Source of the DNA: Macrostomum hystrix
Lineage: Eukaryota > Animalia > Platyhelminthes
Direction: 5' to 3'
Length of the DNA stretch: 64,000 nucleotides
Assembly (NCBI GenBank): GCA_950097015.1
Contig: CATNEN010000038.1
Location: 23,746,001 to 23,810,000 of the forward strand
Part shown: positions 12,813 to 24,455 of the stretch, piece by piece
Layout: the number at the start of each line of letters is the position of its first letter
Position numbering within the stretch: position 1 is the first letter of the stretch
Program-made: the position numbers and the translations under genes
The notes under the pieces: generated by a model
Told to the model about the DNA's origin: nothing
What the model saw: only the letters and a program-made list of their open reading frames with translations
Databases searched by the model: none

Positions 12813-15547
12813 ATGGACCCACTGATGCATTCTGTGGTGAACAAGTTAGATGGAGGAATGTTCACGCCATTCTTTGCCACCATGCTGAACGGTTTAAACA
12901 ACACGTCTGGCAGCGGGAACTGCAGTTTTGTAAATCAATCAGCAGAGTGGAATGAAACCTACTGTGTACAGTATGCGCCCAGGGTCGATTTCGGCAAGCC
13001 GCTGCTAGCCTGGTATCTCGGACGATTGAAATCACAGGTGCCGCTATTTATCGTGGCCGGCCTAATCTGGCTGCTTCTACTGGTCGGCCTGATTGCAGTC
13101 TACAACTGCCTGACTAGAAACCGACTAGGAATCCGCGTACAAAATGTACTTAATCAGAAACGGAGTCTGATTGGCTTAATATCGTGCATCATCCTTCTGT
13201 TTGTGGTCGGCTTTGCGATGTCTGCTGTGTACTGGACTGGCAGAATCCGCTTCTCTGGCATGTCGGAGCTCAGCGGAAACCAGAGCACGGCCGTCACGGA
13301 TGAGCAGGAACAGTTGAATGCCTCGAGGGCAGCCGGTAGGTCGCACATGATCGCAACCTTTCGTCAGATCATCGACGAATTTGACAGCTTCGTTGAGCTT
13401 TCAATTGTAGAGACAAACATTTCCGTCTTAGAGGTGAGCAAAGAGGCTCTGCCTGAGGTTCTTGACGTCTTAGAAATTGTTGCTAAAGATCTTTTAAACT
13501 GGCTAGCTGCCGACTTCAAGCTGTCACCTTTGCTGTCTTCATTCGACGAGTTTATCGATTTGGTAAAGCGGATAGTGTCCAGCATGCGAGCTATCAAAGA
13601 CTCCAGGAACACTGTGACCGCCCCGCTTGCCCAGTTTGCCACACTGATCGACTCTGATAGGCGGGACCTTCAAGAGCTGACCAACGACGCCTGCAGCCCG
13701 TCAACGTTTTCAACCAAGACTGTCGAGCTCTGCCATCGCATCGCTGTTCGGCTCAACTGTTTAGCTGTCGGCATCGATCATCGACGGTTGAATTCTGACA
13801 GCAGCGTGACAGTTGTCACTTTGCTAGAGAATATGCTAAAGCTGAACTTCAGCCAAGTTGAGGATCAGGTAAAAAGCGCCAAAGGACACCTCAGTGGCGG
13901 TATTGACCTAGTTCGAAATGAGGTGAAAAATCTCTTCAAAAGCCTGGGTGGCGAAATTTCGCGAAAATTCGGCGCTGCGATGGTGCAGGCACAGAGCTTT
14001 CGCAATGAACTTCGCGGTTCGAAACGCGACCAAGGCTTTCTCTCGGCGATGGAAAGCGTCGATAGAATTGTGCATGGACTCAGTGCAGCGTTGGCTGTTG
14101 GAAGCATTGTCTTTCTATTCTGTTTCTTTTTTGCTATGTTTGTCTTCTTTCGCTACCTGATGTTGCCTGATTTTGGAGGCGATTCGGATACGCCAAACGA
14201 GTCACGCGAGCTTGACAGCTTGACGGAAGGTCCTAAAAACTATTCGGAAGCTTCTTATGCCAATGGCATTCACAATGGCATTCACAAGGGCAACAGGTCC
14301 AACAGGTCCAGGTCCCGGTGCTGGGAGCCGAGTGACTGCCAGTTCAACAGCATCTTCGCCAGCTCGTTTCTGGTGCTGGCCGCTGTACTGTACGCAACCG
14401 CTGTCATGTACGCCGGTGCCGAATCCCACATGGACGCCTGTCGCTACCTAACCACTGAGACTGGAGTTCGCTATCTGGACGAATTCGTCTACAATGCGTC
14501 TATTATGAAGCTTTGGCCGCTTGTCAAAGACATGGTGCCTAGCAACTTGATTGATTATCTCAGCCTGAGCAGGGACCTCATTCCGAGAAATCTGATCGCC
14601 TCAATCATGGCCCGATGTAGAAACAGCTCAGCGACAATCTTCCAGGCTCTGGGACTTAGCTCGCCAGGTGCTGTCATCAATGCCAGCCTACTGCTGGAAG
14701 CCCCACTTGTGAAGGACAAACTGAACGAAGGCAGCGAAATGATTCAGGTAATTAGTAATAAGAAACTGCAACGTTGAAACCATTAATTTTCAGTTGGAAT
14801 ATTAAAGCATCGAATTCAATTTTGTAGGCCCTTGTTCGTGACCTGAACACTAGCAATCTCATTCCGACGGAAGTTGACGACCTGTTACAGAAAACTTTGC
14901 CCAGCTTTGCCGCCGTAATCGATGCCGAAAACTTTGCGCCCAGCATCATGGAACTAAACAAGCCTTTACTGCTACTTAACAGCTCAGAGGAGTTCGCTAG
15001 TCTTAGGGGCGACCTTGGCCTCCTGGAGAGTTTCCTTCGGTGGGCAAATGCCAGCGATCGCAGGCCCGATATTATTCACTACCTGGCCGAAAAGACTAAG
15101 AAACATATCGACGACTCAAACAGTACCCTAACAGCTGCACTGAAGACTCTGTTGGGTCACTACACTATTTTGCAGACAAATCGTTATCTAACCAATCTGA
15201 TAATTAATCTGACAGCCAATGCTATAACTCTGAAGGTCACCCTGGCGAACAAAGCCTACCTGTTGAAGTCTATTGACATTCGCTACAAGCAAACATTGAC
15301 CAGACACTTGCCAAGTATTGCTCAACTAGCTAACAGACTCATTAGTCGCTTGCTAGGAAGAGTTGGACGGTGCAGCCCAGTTCGCGACATTTTGCAAATT
15401 CCAATCACCTGGTGTAGAGCTCAAATCAGACCACTGCCAGAGACTGGTGTCTACCTGTTGACATCCTGCTTTGCTGTCTACGTCATGCTGCATCTCATGC
15501 TGCTCATGATGCATCTAATCAAACTACCTGCAAGTTCGTCTAGTTGA
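12813..15547 (+). CDS. Prominin-like pentaspan membrane glycoprotein; exons 12813-14747 and 14828-15547 (884 aa)
   Basis: An 80-bp phase-0 GT-AG intron joins two ORFs in frame. Five TM segments with two large N-glycosylation-rich helical loops, ACRYL after TM4, and VGRCSPV..TWC..IRPL before TM5 resemble prominin. The N-terminus is uncertain. Confidence 0.75.
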
Positions 15548-15579
15548 TCATTTTATTATTTGTGCCCTTTGTGTTTTCT

Positions 15580-15760
15580 ATGAGAGGGTCTCACGTCTTC
15601 AAGCTTCGGGTTTCGATTCCCATTTGTCTCATTTAGCAAGGCCCTTAACTCTGCATTGCTTCAGTTCACCCAGCTGTTAAATGGGTACCAGCATCAGCTG
15701 GGGGTAATTGAGAGTGGGTGTGGCGTCCCCCCAGTCCATGGACTGGACAGCCATCATCGC
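15580..15760 (+). mobile_element. tRNA-derived SINE family A, degenerate copy with CORE-like central domain
   Basis: B-box-like GGTTTCGATTCC, then GCAAGGCCCTTAACTCTGCATTGCTTCAGTTCACCCAGCTGTTAAATGGGTACC. Matches the copy at 32136-32270. Confidence 0.7.
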
Positions 15761-16279
15761 ACCCTTGAAGTATACTTTGATGAAATTTGTCAGTACAATA
15801 AATTGATCAAGTAAGTAGTTTATTGATGTCACTAACTATCTTTGAAAAATCGTGCTCAGAATGCTCACTCAGATTATGCTGCCACAAGTTTGTGTCTTTC
15901 CATCGTTCAAATTCGGATCATTCCTATTTTCAAATAGTTGGACAGTATTTTTATGTTAGCAGCCTTTTACTAGAGTATTTTAGCTACTTTTCTCCATCGC
16001 GATTATTCACAATGCTATTTTAAACTGTCACAGTAGGCTTATATAATGATATCTGTACTCGCTATTTTGCTTTAAGCATTGCTTGGTGTTTTATTGGTCT
16101 AGAAATTTTATAATTGTCTAATATATACTCGCAGCCGTGTGTGAAATAAAATAATTTTTAATTATCTATTTTGAATTTTTTTGTTTATTTTAAACAAAAA
16201 TTTAGCGTTTAAAATTAGTTTTCAAAACATAGCAAGATTTTGAGATAAAGTTATTTTGGAAATGTCATGCACCATTTTA

Positions 16280-16436
16280 GATTTTTCTTTTTTTGCAGGA
16301 GGGCTGCGGGGTTGGCGCATCATTTGGTGGCACTAGACCCGCAGCCAGCGAGGAGGCAATTCTGCCCATTCCGCTGACTCCTGAGCACACACGCACACAG
16401 GTGTGTACACCTGTCCTGACTTTCTCATCGTCAGAC
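16280..16436 (-). mobile_element. SINE family B, 3' fragment with A-rich tail
   Basis: About 115 bp highly similar to 44285-44400. The minus strand ends in a hairpin (GGCTGCGGG...CCCGCAGCC) and an A-rich run. Confidence 0.75.
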
Positions 16437-16490
16437 CCCACAAATTAATGTGGCCTACATGTATCAATAACACAAATAGAAAATGAAGCA

Positions 16491-19400
16491 TCAAAGGGCA
16501 GTGACGGTTACTGTGAAAGTCTCAGTGAATGATTGGTTCCTGAAGCCGCTACTGTTTCCGAGTAAATGATTCAACTGGCATAGCAGCTCTCGCAGCTTGG
16601 CTTCGTTGATGCCGACAGCGAATTCAATGTCTGGCCAATCAGCTGATACTGTGGCATCTTCTGAACTCTGACTAGCTACTTCATAGTTCACTGAATTTGT
16701 GACTGCGCGAACGCTGAGACGCGTCTGCGGAGTCACTCGAAGTCGCAAGTCTGTCAAGACTTCTGTCAGCACTGGCAGCTCACCTCGTCGCGACTGAAAA
16801 TTGAAGACGTCAATGTTTTGTGCTAATAATGAGCTTGAAAATTAGGTATAGCCAATTCAAGTGCCCGAGCTTACCATGCGGAACAAATTGATTGGATTTT
16901 CAAACGTCACAATGTACTCGACAACTCGATAAGAGAAGGTGGCATTGCCGCAGAACGAAGCCACGGGTAGAACGACTTGACGTTCGCTGATTTTCAAATT
17001 GGCTTTCGATGCGCTTTTCGTCGACGAATCTTGAGGATTTCCTACCAGTGGTTTCTTAGGCTCTGTTGAGATTTTTATAAGGCCATTGCATATCGATAAT
17101 GATTAGTACAAATCGAATGACGAACGTGCCGCAATTCTATAACGGCTCCATCTCCTAAATCTCTAGTGACTCCATCTCCTAAATCTCTAGTGACTCCATC
17201 TCCTAAATCTCTAGTGACTCCATCTCCTAAATCCCTAGTGACTCCATCTTCTAAATCCCTAGTGACTCCATCTCCTAAATCCCAAGTGACTCCATCTTCT
17301 AAATCCCTAGGGACGTCATCTCCTAAATCCCTAGTGACGTCATCTCCTAAATCCCTAGTGACGTCATCTCCTAAATCCATAGTGACGCCATCTCCTAAAT
17401 CCATATAGTGACTTGAGTCGCTTATCTCACCCGGCCATAGTTCTGGCCTAGCCGAGTCCAACAACTCAACCAGACGCCTAAACAATGACTCGTTTACTGC
17501 ACTTTGAGTAGTCAACGACTCCGCGCTCTGGCCTGCAGAGTTCAGTCTGTCAGGATTCGCTCCCGAGCGTAGCAGGAGCTCGACTTGGTCCACGTGTCCC
17601 TGACGAGTGGCTCTAGTTAGCAAGGTATCGCCATCATCTGGATCGATCCAATCAATGTCAACTCCGAATTGATTAGTTAATAGGGCCAAAATTTTGCCGT
17701 CTCTGTGCTTTGCAGCGGCCGTTGTCAAACGCTGCACCGACTCGGTTGGACAGCATTCCAAAGTGAGCACAAATAGCATTTTGAGTAAACATCGCTGATT
17801 AGCTTTGACAGCCAGTTCCAGCAGCTGAGGTAGCATTTGTTCGCATTGATGCCTCTGGCGTTGCAAGTCTTCGCGACGCATAGAAACCAGTCTGCATGGA
17901 CGAGTGGATGTTGGGCTGGCTTGGTTTGCTCAGCTGTCTCATTCCTCCTGTCTCATCTCTTCCCTGTCTCATATCTGCCCTGTCTCATCTCTCCTGTCTC
18001 ATCTCTCCTATGTCTAATCTTTCCCAAAGTCTCATCTATCCGCCTGTCACATATAAATCCTGTCTCATCTCCCCTCCCGGTCTCATTTAACCCAGTCAAA
18101 ATAAAAGGCCAAATAGCAATCGCTAACAACTGTCACAGAAGCCATACCGCACCTGGCTCGAACTTCTGATTCCCAGCCTTCCTGTACAGCAAATCCAAGC
18201 AGGCTGATGCCCTGGTGCGGTAGCAGCGCCCGCTGTGCGCTACATCCCCGATTCCCAGCTAGAAACCGGAGCGGCAGCAGAAACTTCCTCTCAGCCAGGT
18301 ACTGAGCCGGTGTCTTGCCTGGCAATTGTGCGAAATGAATATTAGCTTCTGAAATTAAACTAAATTAAACACGAAAGTAGGACTCTAGAAAAGGCTTACG
18401 TTTTCGCCGAAGCTCCATAAGGAATTGGAGTCCGGCTCACGTCAAAATGTGGCCTTTTTTGATTGGTCGTCGGTGAGTAGAGGGACACACTAGTTGTGCC
18501 CCTCCTCCCCTTTCCCCCAGACGTCTCTGATTGGTCGGCGGAGACAAGAAGCGCCGATTTGTTCTACCCTCGTGTCTTTTCCCTAGGCGTCTCTGATTGG
18601 TCGATGGAGAAAAGAAGCGCCAAAATTGGTTCCACCCTCCTCCTCTTTTCCGCAAGCGTATGGACTCATTCTGATTGGTCGGCAGTTGTCTTACCAGCTT
18701 TGTCTGGCCCATCCAATGAACCACCTCGTCGGGCAATCAGCTGCAGTGTCGAGCAGGCTGCAGACTCGCTAGAACAATGAGCACAACACACGTGGGCCAG
18801 GGTCAGCCCCGAGTGGCTCTTAACAGACGCGGCGCACTTTGCTTCGTTGAGAAGGAATCGCAGAGCGGTCACGTGACCTAAGGCGGCCGCCCAGAAGGCG
18901 GGCGTGAAGCCGTGCCTGTCCCGACAATCCAGGGGTGCTCCGATCGATTGCAGGGTGCGCAGGGTGGTCTCGGAGGCTGCGGCGTCGTTGCAGAGAATCG
19001 CACCGACGGCGAGTGATAACGAGAAGGAGTCGTCTTTGGAGTTACAGAGGCCGCTGGGTACTGGCCTTGGAAGCTAAGGGGAAGAATTTAAAATTTCTTT
19101 AAGAATGAGTGTGTCTTCATGGCATGATTGCCCCCTCAGTTTCTAGCTCAACTTTATATATTTTGGTTTGAAAATAAGTTCGGATTCGGAGGCCAAGGCT
19201 GTCTTGAATCTCGAAGATGCTGGAATTCCAGATCAACGAATTCATAATTCTGCGATTAGGAATTCTATGGGATTAGATATTCTATAGGGACTGTATAGGA
19301 TTAGGAACTCTAGGATTTGGGATTCTAGAATTATGATTCTATAGAAGGTGGGATTCTGTAGTATTGATTATTCTTTTGGGTCTTGGATTTTATAGGTTTA

Positions 19401-21220
19401 TGGGATTCTATTGGATTAGGGATTCTAGAACTAGGGATTCTTTAGGATTAGGGATTTTGTAAGACTAGGGATGCTATAGGATTAGGTATTCTGTAGGATT
19501 GGGGATTCTAGAACTAGGGATGCTATAGGATTAGGGATTCTGGAACTAGGGATGCTATAGGATTAGGGATTCTGGAACTAGGGATGCTATAGGATTAGGG
19601 ATTCTGTAGGATTGGGGATTCTGTTAAATTAGGGATACTGTAGGATTGGGGATTCTAGAACTAGGGATGCTATAGGATTAGGGATTCTGTAGGATTAGGG
19701 ATTCTAGAACTAGGCATGCTATAGGATTAGGGATTCTGGAACTAGGCATGCTATAGGATTAGGGATTCTGGAACTAGGGATGCTATAGGATTAGGGATTC
19801 TGTAGGATTGGGGATTCTGTTAAATTAGGGATACTATAGGATTAGGGATTCTGTTGGATTAGGGATTCTGTAGGATTAGGGATGCTGTAGGATTAGGGTT
19901 TTAGAATTAAGGATTGTGCATGATTAAAAATTCTATAGGATTAAGAACTTTGTAGAGTTTGGGATTCTGTAGGATAAAATTCTGCGTAAATTCACTGCAA
20001 GTCACCAATTCTTCTCGCCGTGGCAGCGCCCAAATGAATGCGGCCTCACGGCGGAATCGAGCTGGGTGACTTTCGTAAGAGAGCTGGACGTATATCCCTC
20101 TCGCTCACCCACCCTCCTCCTCTTTTTGTCCAACTTACGTTAATCAGTTTTTGATTGGACTCAATGAAAAAGGCCAGATTAATTCCACTTTGTTTGGCAG
20201 CCAGTTCAACTAGGTCGGCCTGACCCTGTACGGCCTTGCTAACTAGGCAGTACTGCACAACATTGTCTCTGACAGTTTTGTAGGCCGGTGGCTTCTCCTT
20301 CATCATGGTAGCGCCGACGTGGTCAGAGATCAGCTGTTCAAGATCTGTCGACTGGTCTTTCCAGTCCGACAAGACGTTCCTGCAGACAACCTGTGCGCAG
20401 GAATGAGAAACTTGCGATTTGAGATCGATTTCACGTTCTGTACACCGCACGGTTGATCGCTCTTTGATTAAATTCATAATGCCAGTGTTATTTATTGTTG
20501 TCTCTGATCCCAATGACCTGTGGTATTGTTGTCTCTGATCCCAATGACCTGTGGTATTGTTGTCTCTGATCATAAGAACTTGTGGTATTGCTGTCTCTGA
20601 TTGTCATGACCTGTACTATTGTTGTCTCTGATCACAATAAGCCTTGGTTAGAATATCAACGCAAAAAAGTTGAACACTTCACGCACCCTTCCAGCTCCGT
20701 GAGCCAGTAGGATCTCCAGCACCTCGTGGGCGTCTCTGATCTCCTTCGGCTTGGTGGCCTTACTGCCAGCGCCATACAAAGCGTACTGCAGCATCGTGAC
20801 GCTCTTGTAGTCCAACAGATCCTTGTTCTCGGCCATCAGGTTCGGATTCGATTGGAGCAATTCTTTCACAATCTCGGGAGAACTTTTCGACGCCGCTCGC
20901 ATGAGCACGCTGGTGCCATTTTTGTCCCTAGCAGTCGCGTCAGCTCCGTGCTCAAGCAGGGCTCGTATCGCATTCAGATGCTTGCTGCCGCAAGCTATGT
21001 GCAGTGGCGACTTGCCATCGCAGGCTGGAAACGTGACATTGGGACTGATGAGTCCGTTGTCAAGGATCAGCCTCACCTTGGTAATGTCGTGGTGCTCCAA
21101 TGAGGTTAGGAACTGAACGACCACCTCAGCAGCAGCTTGACGCTCTGGCGATTTGAACAGGCCCTGCGGCAGGTAGTGAGCTATGCCAGCTGGTAGCAGG
21201 CCTTTCACAATGTCCATCAC
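16491..21220 (-). CDS. Multi-ankyrin-repeat protein, about 760 aa; exons 21220-20687, 20390-20139, 19073-18695, 18318-18153, 17891-17431, 17062-16875, 16793-16491
   Basis: ANK motifs GKSPLHIAC..LLEHGADA, GTSVLMRAA, GFTPAFWAAALGH, GKTPAQY and GDTLLTRATRQGH..LLLRSGANP. All six introns are GT-AG with matching phases (0,0,1,2,1,0). Exon 4 has an alternative in-frame acceptor at 18348. Confidence 0.8.
17147..17404. repeat. 24-bp minisatellite (CTAGTGACTCCATCTCCTAAATCC)n in ANK intron 5
   Basis: About 10 units lying between the GTGAGA donor at 17430 and the acceptor at 17063. Confidence 0.9.
17935..18085. repeat. Short degenerate CTGTCTCATCTCT array in ANK intron 4
   Basis: Reverse complement of the AGAGATGAGACA core of the 35765-38390 satellite. 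Confidence 0.75.
19250..19975. repeat. Degenerate 18-20 bp minisatellite (CTATAGGATTAGGGATTCT-like) in ANK intron 2
   Basis: Tandem units with TTAGGG/CTAGGG/TTGGGG cores. Confidence 0.9.
20485..20640. repeat. 31-bp minisatellite (GTATTGTTGTCTCTGATCCCAATGACCTGTG) in ANK intron 1
   Basis: About 5 units. Confidence 0.85.
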
Positions 21221-22379
21221 GATTGCAAAAGCTGCAGCAACAAGAAGAAGAAATAAGAAAGACGAGGCAGGCTCGCGTTGTTTCGCTGTGGTACTTTTCG
21301 CTTTTTATTTAAAAAATCTGAGTGTATATGCTAATGTTCTAAATGTGCATTCTAGCTTTAGACTGGCGGGCAGTGTAGGGTAGGAATTTATAGGGCTTGC
21401 TGTAACCTATGAAACTATGTCTACTAAGCGATCTTATTTTCAACTTTCGACCGCTTGAGAGAAAGCTTTGCTTTAGTTTGAGCCAACCAACTCAACGCCC
21501 TGTTAATATCTTGACATAATCTAGACTCTCTCTCTCTGTCTCCCTCTCTCTACTCTTTCTTTCGTTTCAATCGAACGTATACAACTGCACAGAACAAAAT
21601 ATGGTCTATTTTGTGCGTTCTGCCAGTTTATTTGGATGCAACAAGCGCATTACAATTAGATGCATTATGTACATAATAACCATTCATACCTTTCTATCTG
21701 ATCTTATTTTTTTGCCAAATTAGGTTTTTAGCTGATGTGGCTGAATGTACGATGCTTGGCTTGTGCTTGTACTTGTACTTGTACTTGGCTTAAAGAGATG
21801 AAATGGCAGCAAAGATATAGTGTGCTGCGTTGCGTGTATATTTATACGAATTAAACAGCGTAGCATAAAGGGGCCTACAGAGGTACAAAGAAGTGGGGTG
21901 ACAGTCTTTGCCAAACCCCCCGGCTTAGCGCACCAACTCCACCGAGCAACTAGACTGAGGTTGGGTATTGGGGGTGTGAGTGCAGCTGCGGTATAAATCA
22001 CACTTTAAGAGTATAGGCCAGTCATTCACTGATGCCCATACATAGAAGTAAAGACTAAGTACAACCCCTGATGATTGCTTCATAAAGATACGTCGTGAGT
22101 CTCGATATATTTAAAAATAACTTAAACGTATAATGTTCATTCAGGCACTTAAGTAACTTAAACATTTTTTGTCCTATAAGAAGTCAGGCAACCCACGCAT
22201 TACAAAGTACGACATTTGTTAATTCGTATTAAGATAAAAAGTTGTCGTATGTTAGTTACCGGAACGTAATAAAACCGCCAGCCACATTGCTTACAGTACG
22301 TTTGTACTATGCAACGAATTTTACGTTAAAATGTTTATAAAGAGTCTCGCCTGGATCGTTAAGGTTTACCTTTCATCAG

Positions 22380-24455
22380 CTATGCCCGACGATGTTGGCC
22401 CCGGGTAATGTCCCGCCTCAACACGGAGATATAGTCCTGCTTGCAAATCTCTGGCGTTTTCAGCCTTGCGTAGCGAGAGGAGCGTGACGACTCATTCTTA
22501 ACTGAGATCAGCTCCACTTTCGGCTGCTGCTGGAGTATCTTGTCTTCAGCTTGCTCCCATTGCTTTCTATTACTTGTAGAGATGTGCTTCTGGCTTTGCT
22601 GACCCTTTAAGAACCACGAGGGCAAAAACTGCTGCTCATCGCTGTCGGCACACAGAGGCATTTCAGCTACGCCGTCGGGTTCTGTTTCCGAAGCCGATCC
22701 TGCGGTGGTGCTCATCTCCGGAACGAAGACGCCGCCGCCGCCGCCGTACTGCTGATACTCGTGCTGATGCTGCTGCTGATGATGCTGCAAGTGCAGTTGT
22801 GGCAAATTATTTTGCTGCGCGTAGGGCGTGCAGCTGGCCCACGCGGAACTGGTCGATTTGTCTTGGTGCAAAGATGGTGACTTTTGGATCAGGGAGTGTT
22901 GTTTACTTGCTTGATGCTGCTGCTGCTGCTGCATCTGTAGATGTTGAATAGCACTTTAAATTAGCAATTGTGTCGAAATTATTTGATTTTTATCTAACTC
23001 TAGTGAAAATAGTTTATAAAGTGCATTTTTTACCTGCTGTTGCATCATGAGTTGCTGAGGTTGTTGCCTCAGCGCTGATTGCTGTTGCTGCTGCTGCTGC
23101 TGCTGATGCTGCTGACGCTGAACTAAAGTGCTGAAGTAATTAAGCCCTGTGGATTCCAATGTCGCAATAGACAATGCACTAGATAGCCAGTTTAAGTCGT
23201 AGACTCCACCGAACTGATGCTGCTGCTGCTGCTGCTCCTGCTGCTGCTCCTGCTGCTGCTCCTGCTGCTGGTGATTTTTTAAGTGTGACAGGAGTCTCTG
23301 CAACATCACTGCGGCCCCCAGAAAATTGCTCATTTCCATAGACGACAGGTCGCTGCCAAAGTCTGGGCCTATATTGGTGACTTCAGCCTGAGTTTCGTCC
23401 TTCGCGCTGCTCTTCTCTATAGAGCTTTTGTCACAACTGCTTAGAGACTGCTGACAGTGGCTGCAGACTTTTAATTCCTCTCGACCAAATTCTGCCTCGC
23501 TGCGAGTGCTGAGCTGGCTCGGACTGTACTGCTCCGTCAACAAGCAGTCGGCCTTGGCGGCTGGATATTGGGACGGGGGATGCATTGATAGGATTGCGGC
23601 GTGGATTTGGATTTGAAGTCAGGTCACTGATTGATGATACTGCGAACAATGTTGAAAAAAATCTATAGCCCACGTTCACAGTAGACTAGAAATTTTCATC
23701 CCTTGTATAGATAACTGCTCACCTTTGGCGACATGGCCGCTGACTTCATCTCGCTTGGACATCGACGCGCACTGGACGGGCTCTGGCTGCGGCGCATTCT
23801 GCAGCGAGACATGCACATAGCCTTGGTGTTGCAAGCCCCTGACGATGCTGGAAGCGGAGGGCACGAGCCTTGGTATCGGTGAACAGCATCCGCGACTATG
23901 GCAGACGTCGTCAGAGACGTTCAAGGCCGGCCGTCTGCGACGCTTCGATCTATTGTTCACCCTCCTAGCAGACCGATTTTTCCAATTACACGAGTTGCTC
24001 CAGTTGGCATTGCGTTCGCAATGAAAATTATTCGACACGCAAAGATCGGCTGATATACTGTCCGTGATGCTGGAATAGGTACCGATCGATTTTGCTTCTT
24101 CGTCGGTGCCATTGGCCGGGTCGAATTGGAACGAGCCGCTCATGTTGCCATTCTCATGAGATTCATAGTTCATCGTCCTACCCCGCGGTCGAGTCTGCAG
24201 AGCTCGCGAAATGCTTGGCGACTCCTTGAAAATCGTTGGCCGCAAGTCTTCAGTCGGCGGCGTTGAGCGGCAAGTATTCAACCACCTGGAAGGCGAGTGC
24301 CACGGCCTGACGGGCAGTCTGATCACTTCCCTTTTGCTGCGTCGCATGCTGGATATGATATAGGGCTCGCTGCCGTCCATCTTGAGGACACGCGGGGATG
24401 TCTGAATCTGCCGTCTGATCCTCTTCAGTGCCTCTGCGATGCAGTAGCTTGACAT
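22380..24455 (-). CDS. Probable Gln/Ser-rich low-complexity protein gene, exon structure only partly resolved
   Basis: Three collinear long ORFs with polyQ tracts. A clean phase-0 intron at 23033-22935 and a likely intron at 23722-23640, but the frame breaks near 23430-23620. No domain recognised. Confidence 0.5.

Noticed and set aside
17075-17430. DLGDGVTR repeats as a coding C-terminus of the ANK protein
   Set aside because: A GTGAGA donor at 17430 and a phase-matched downstream exon place the repeat in an intron.
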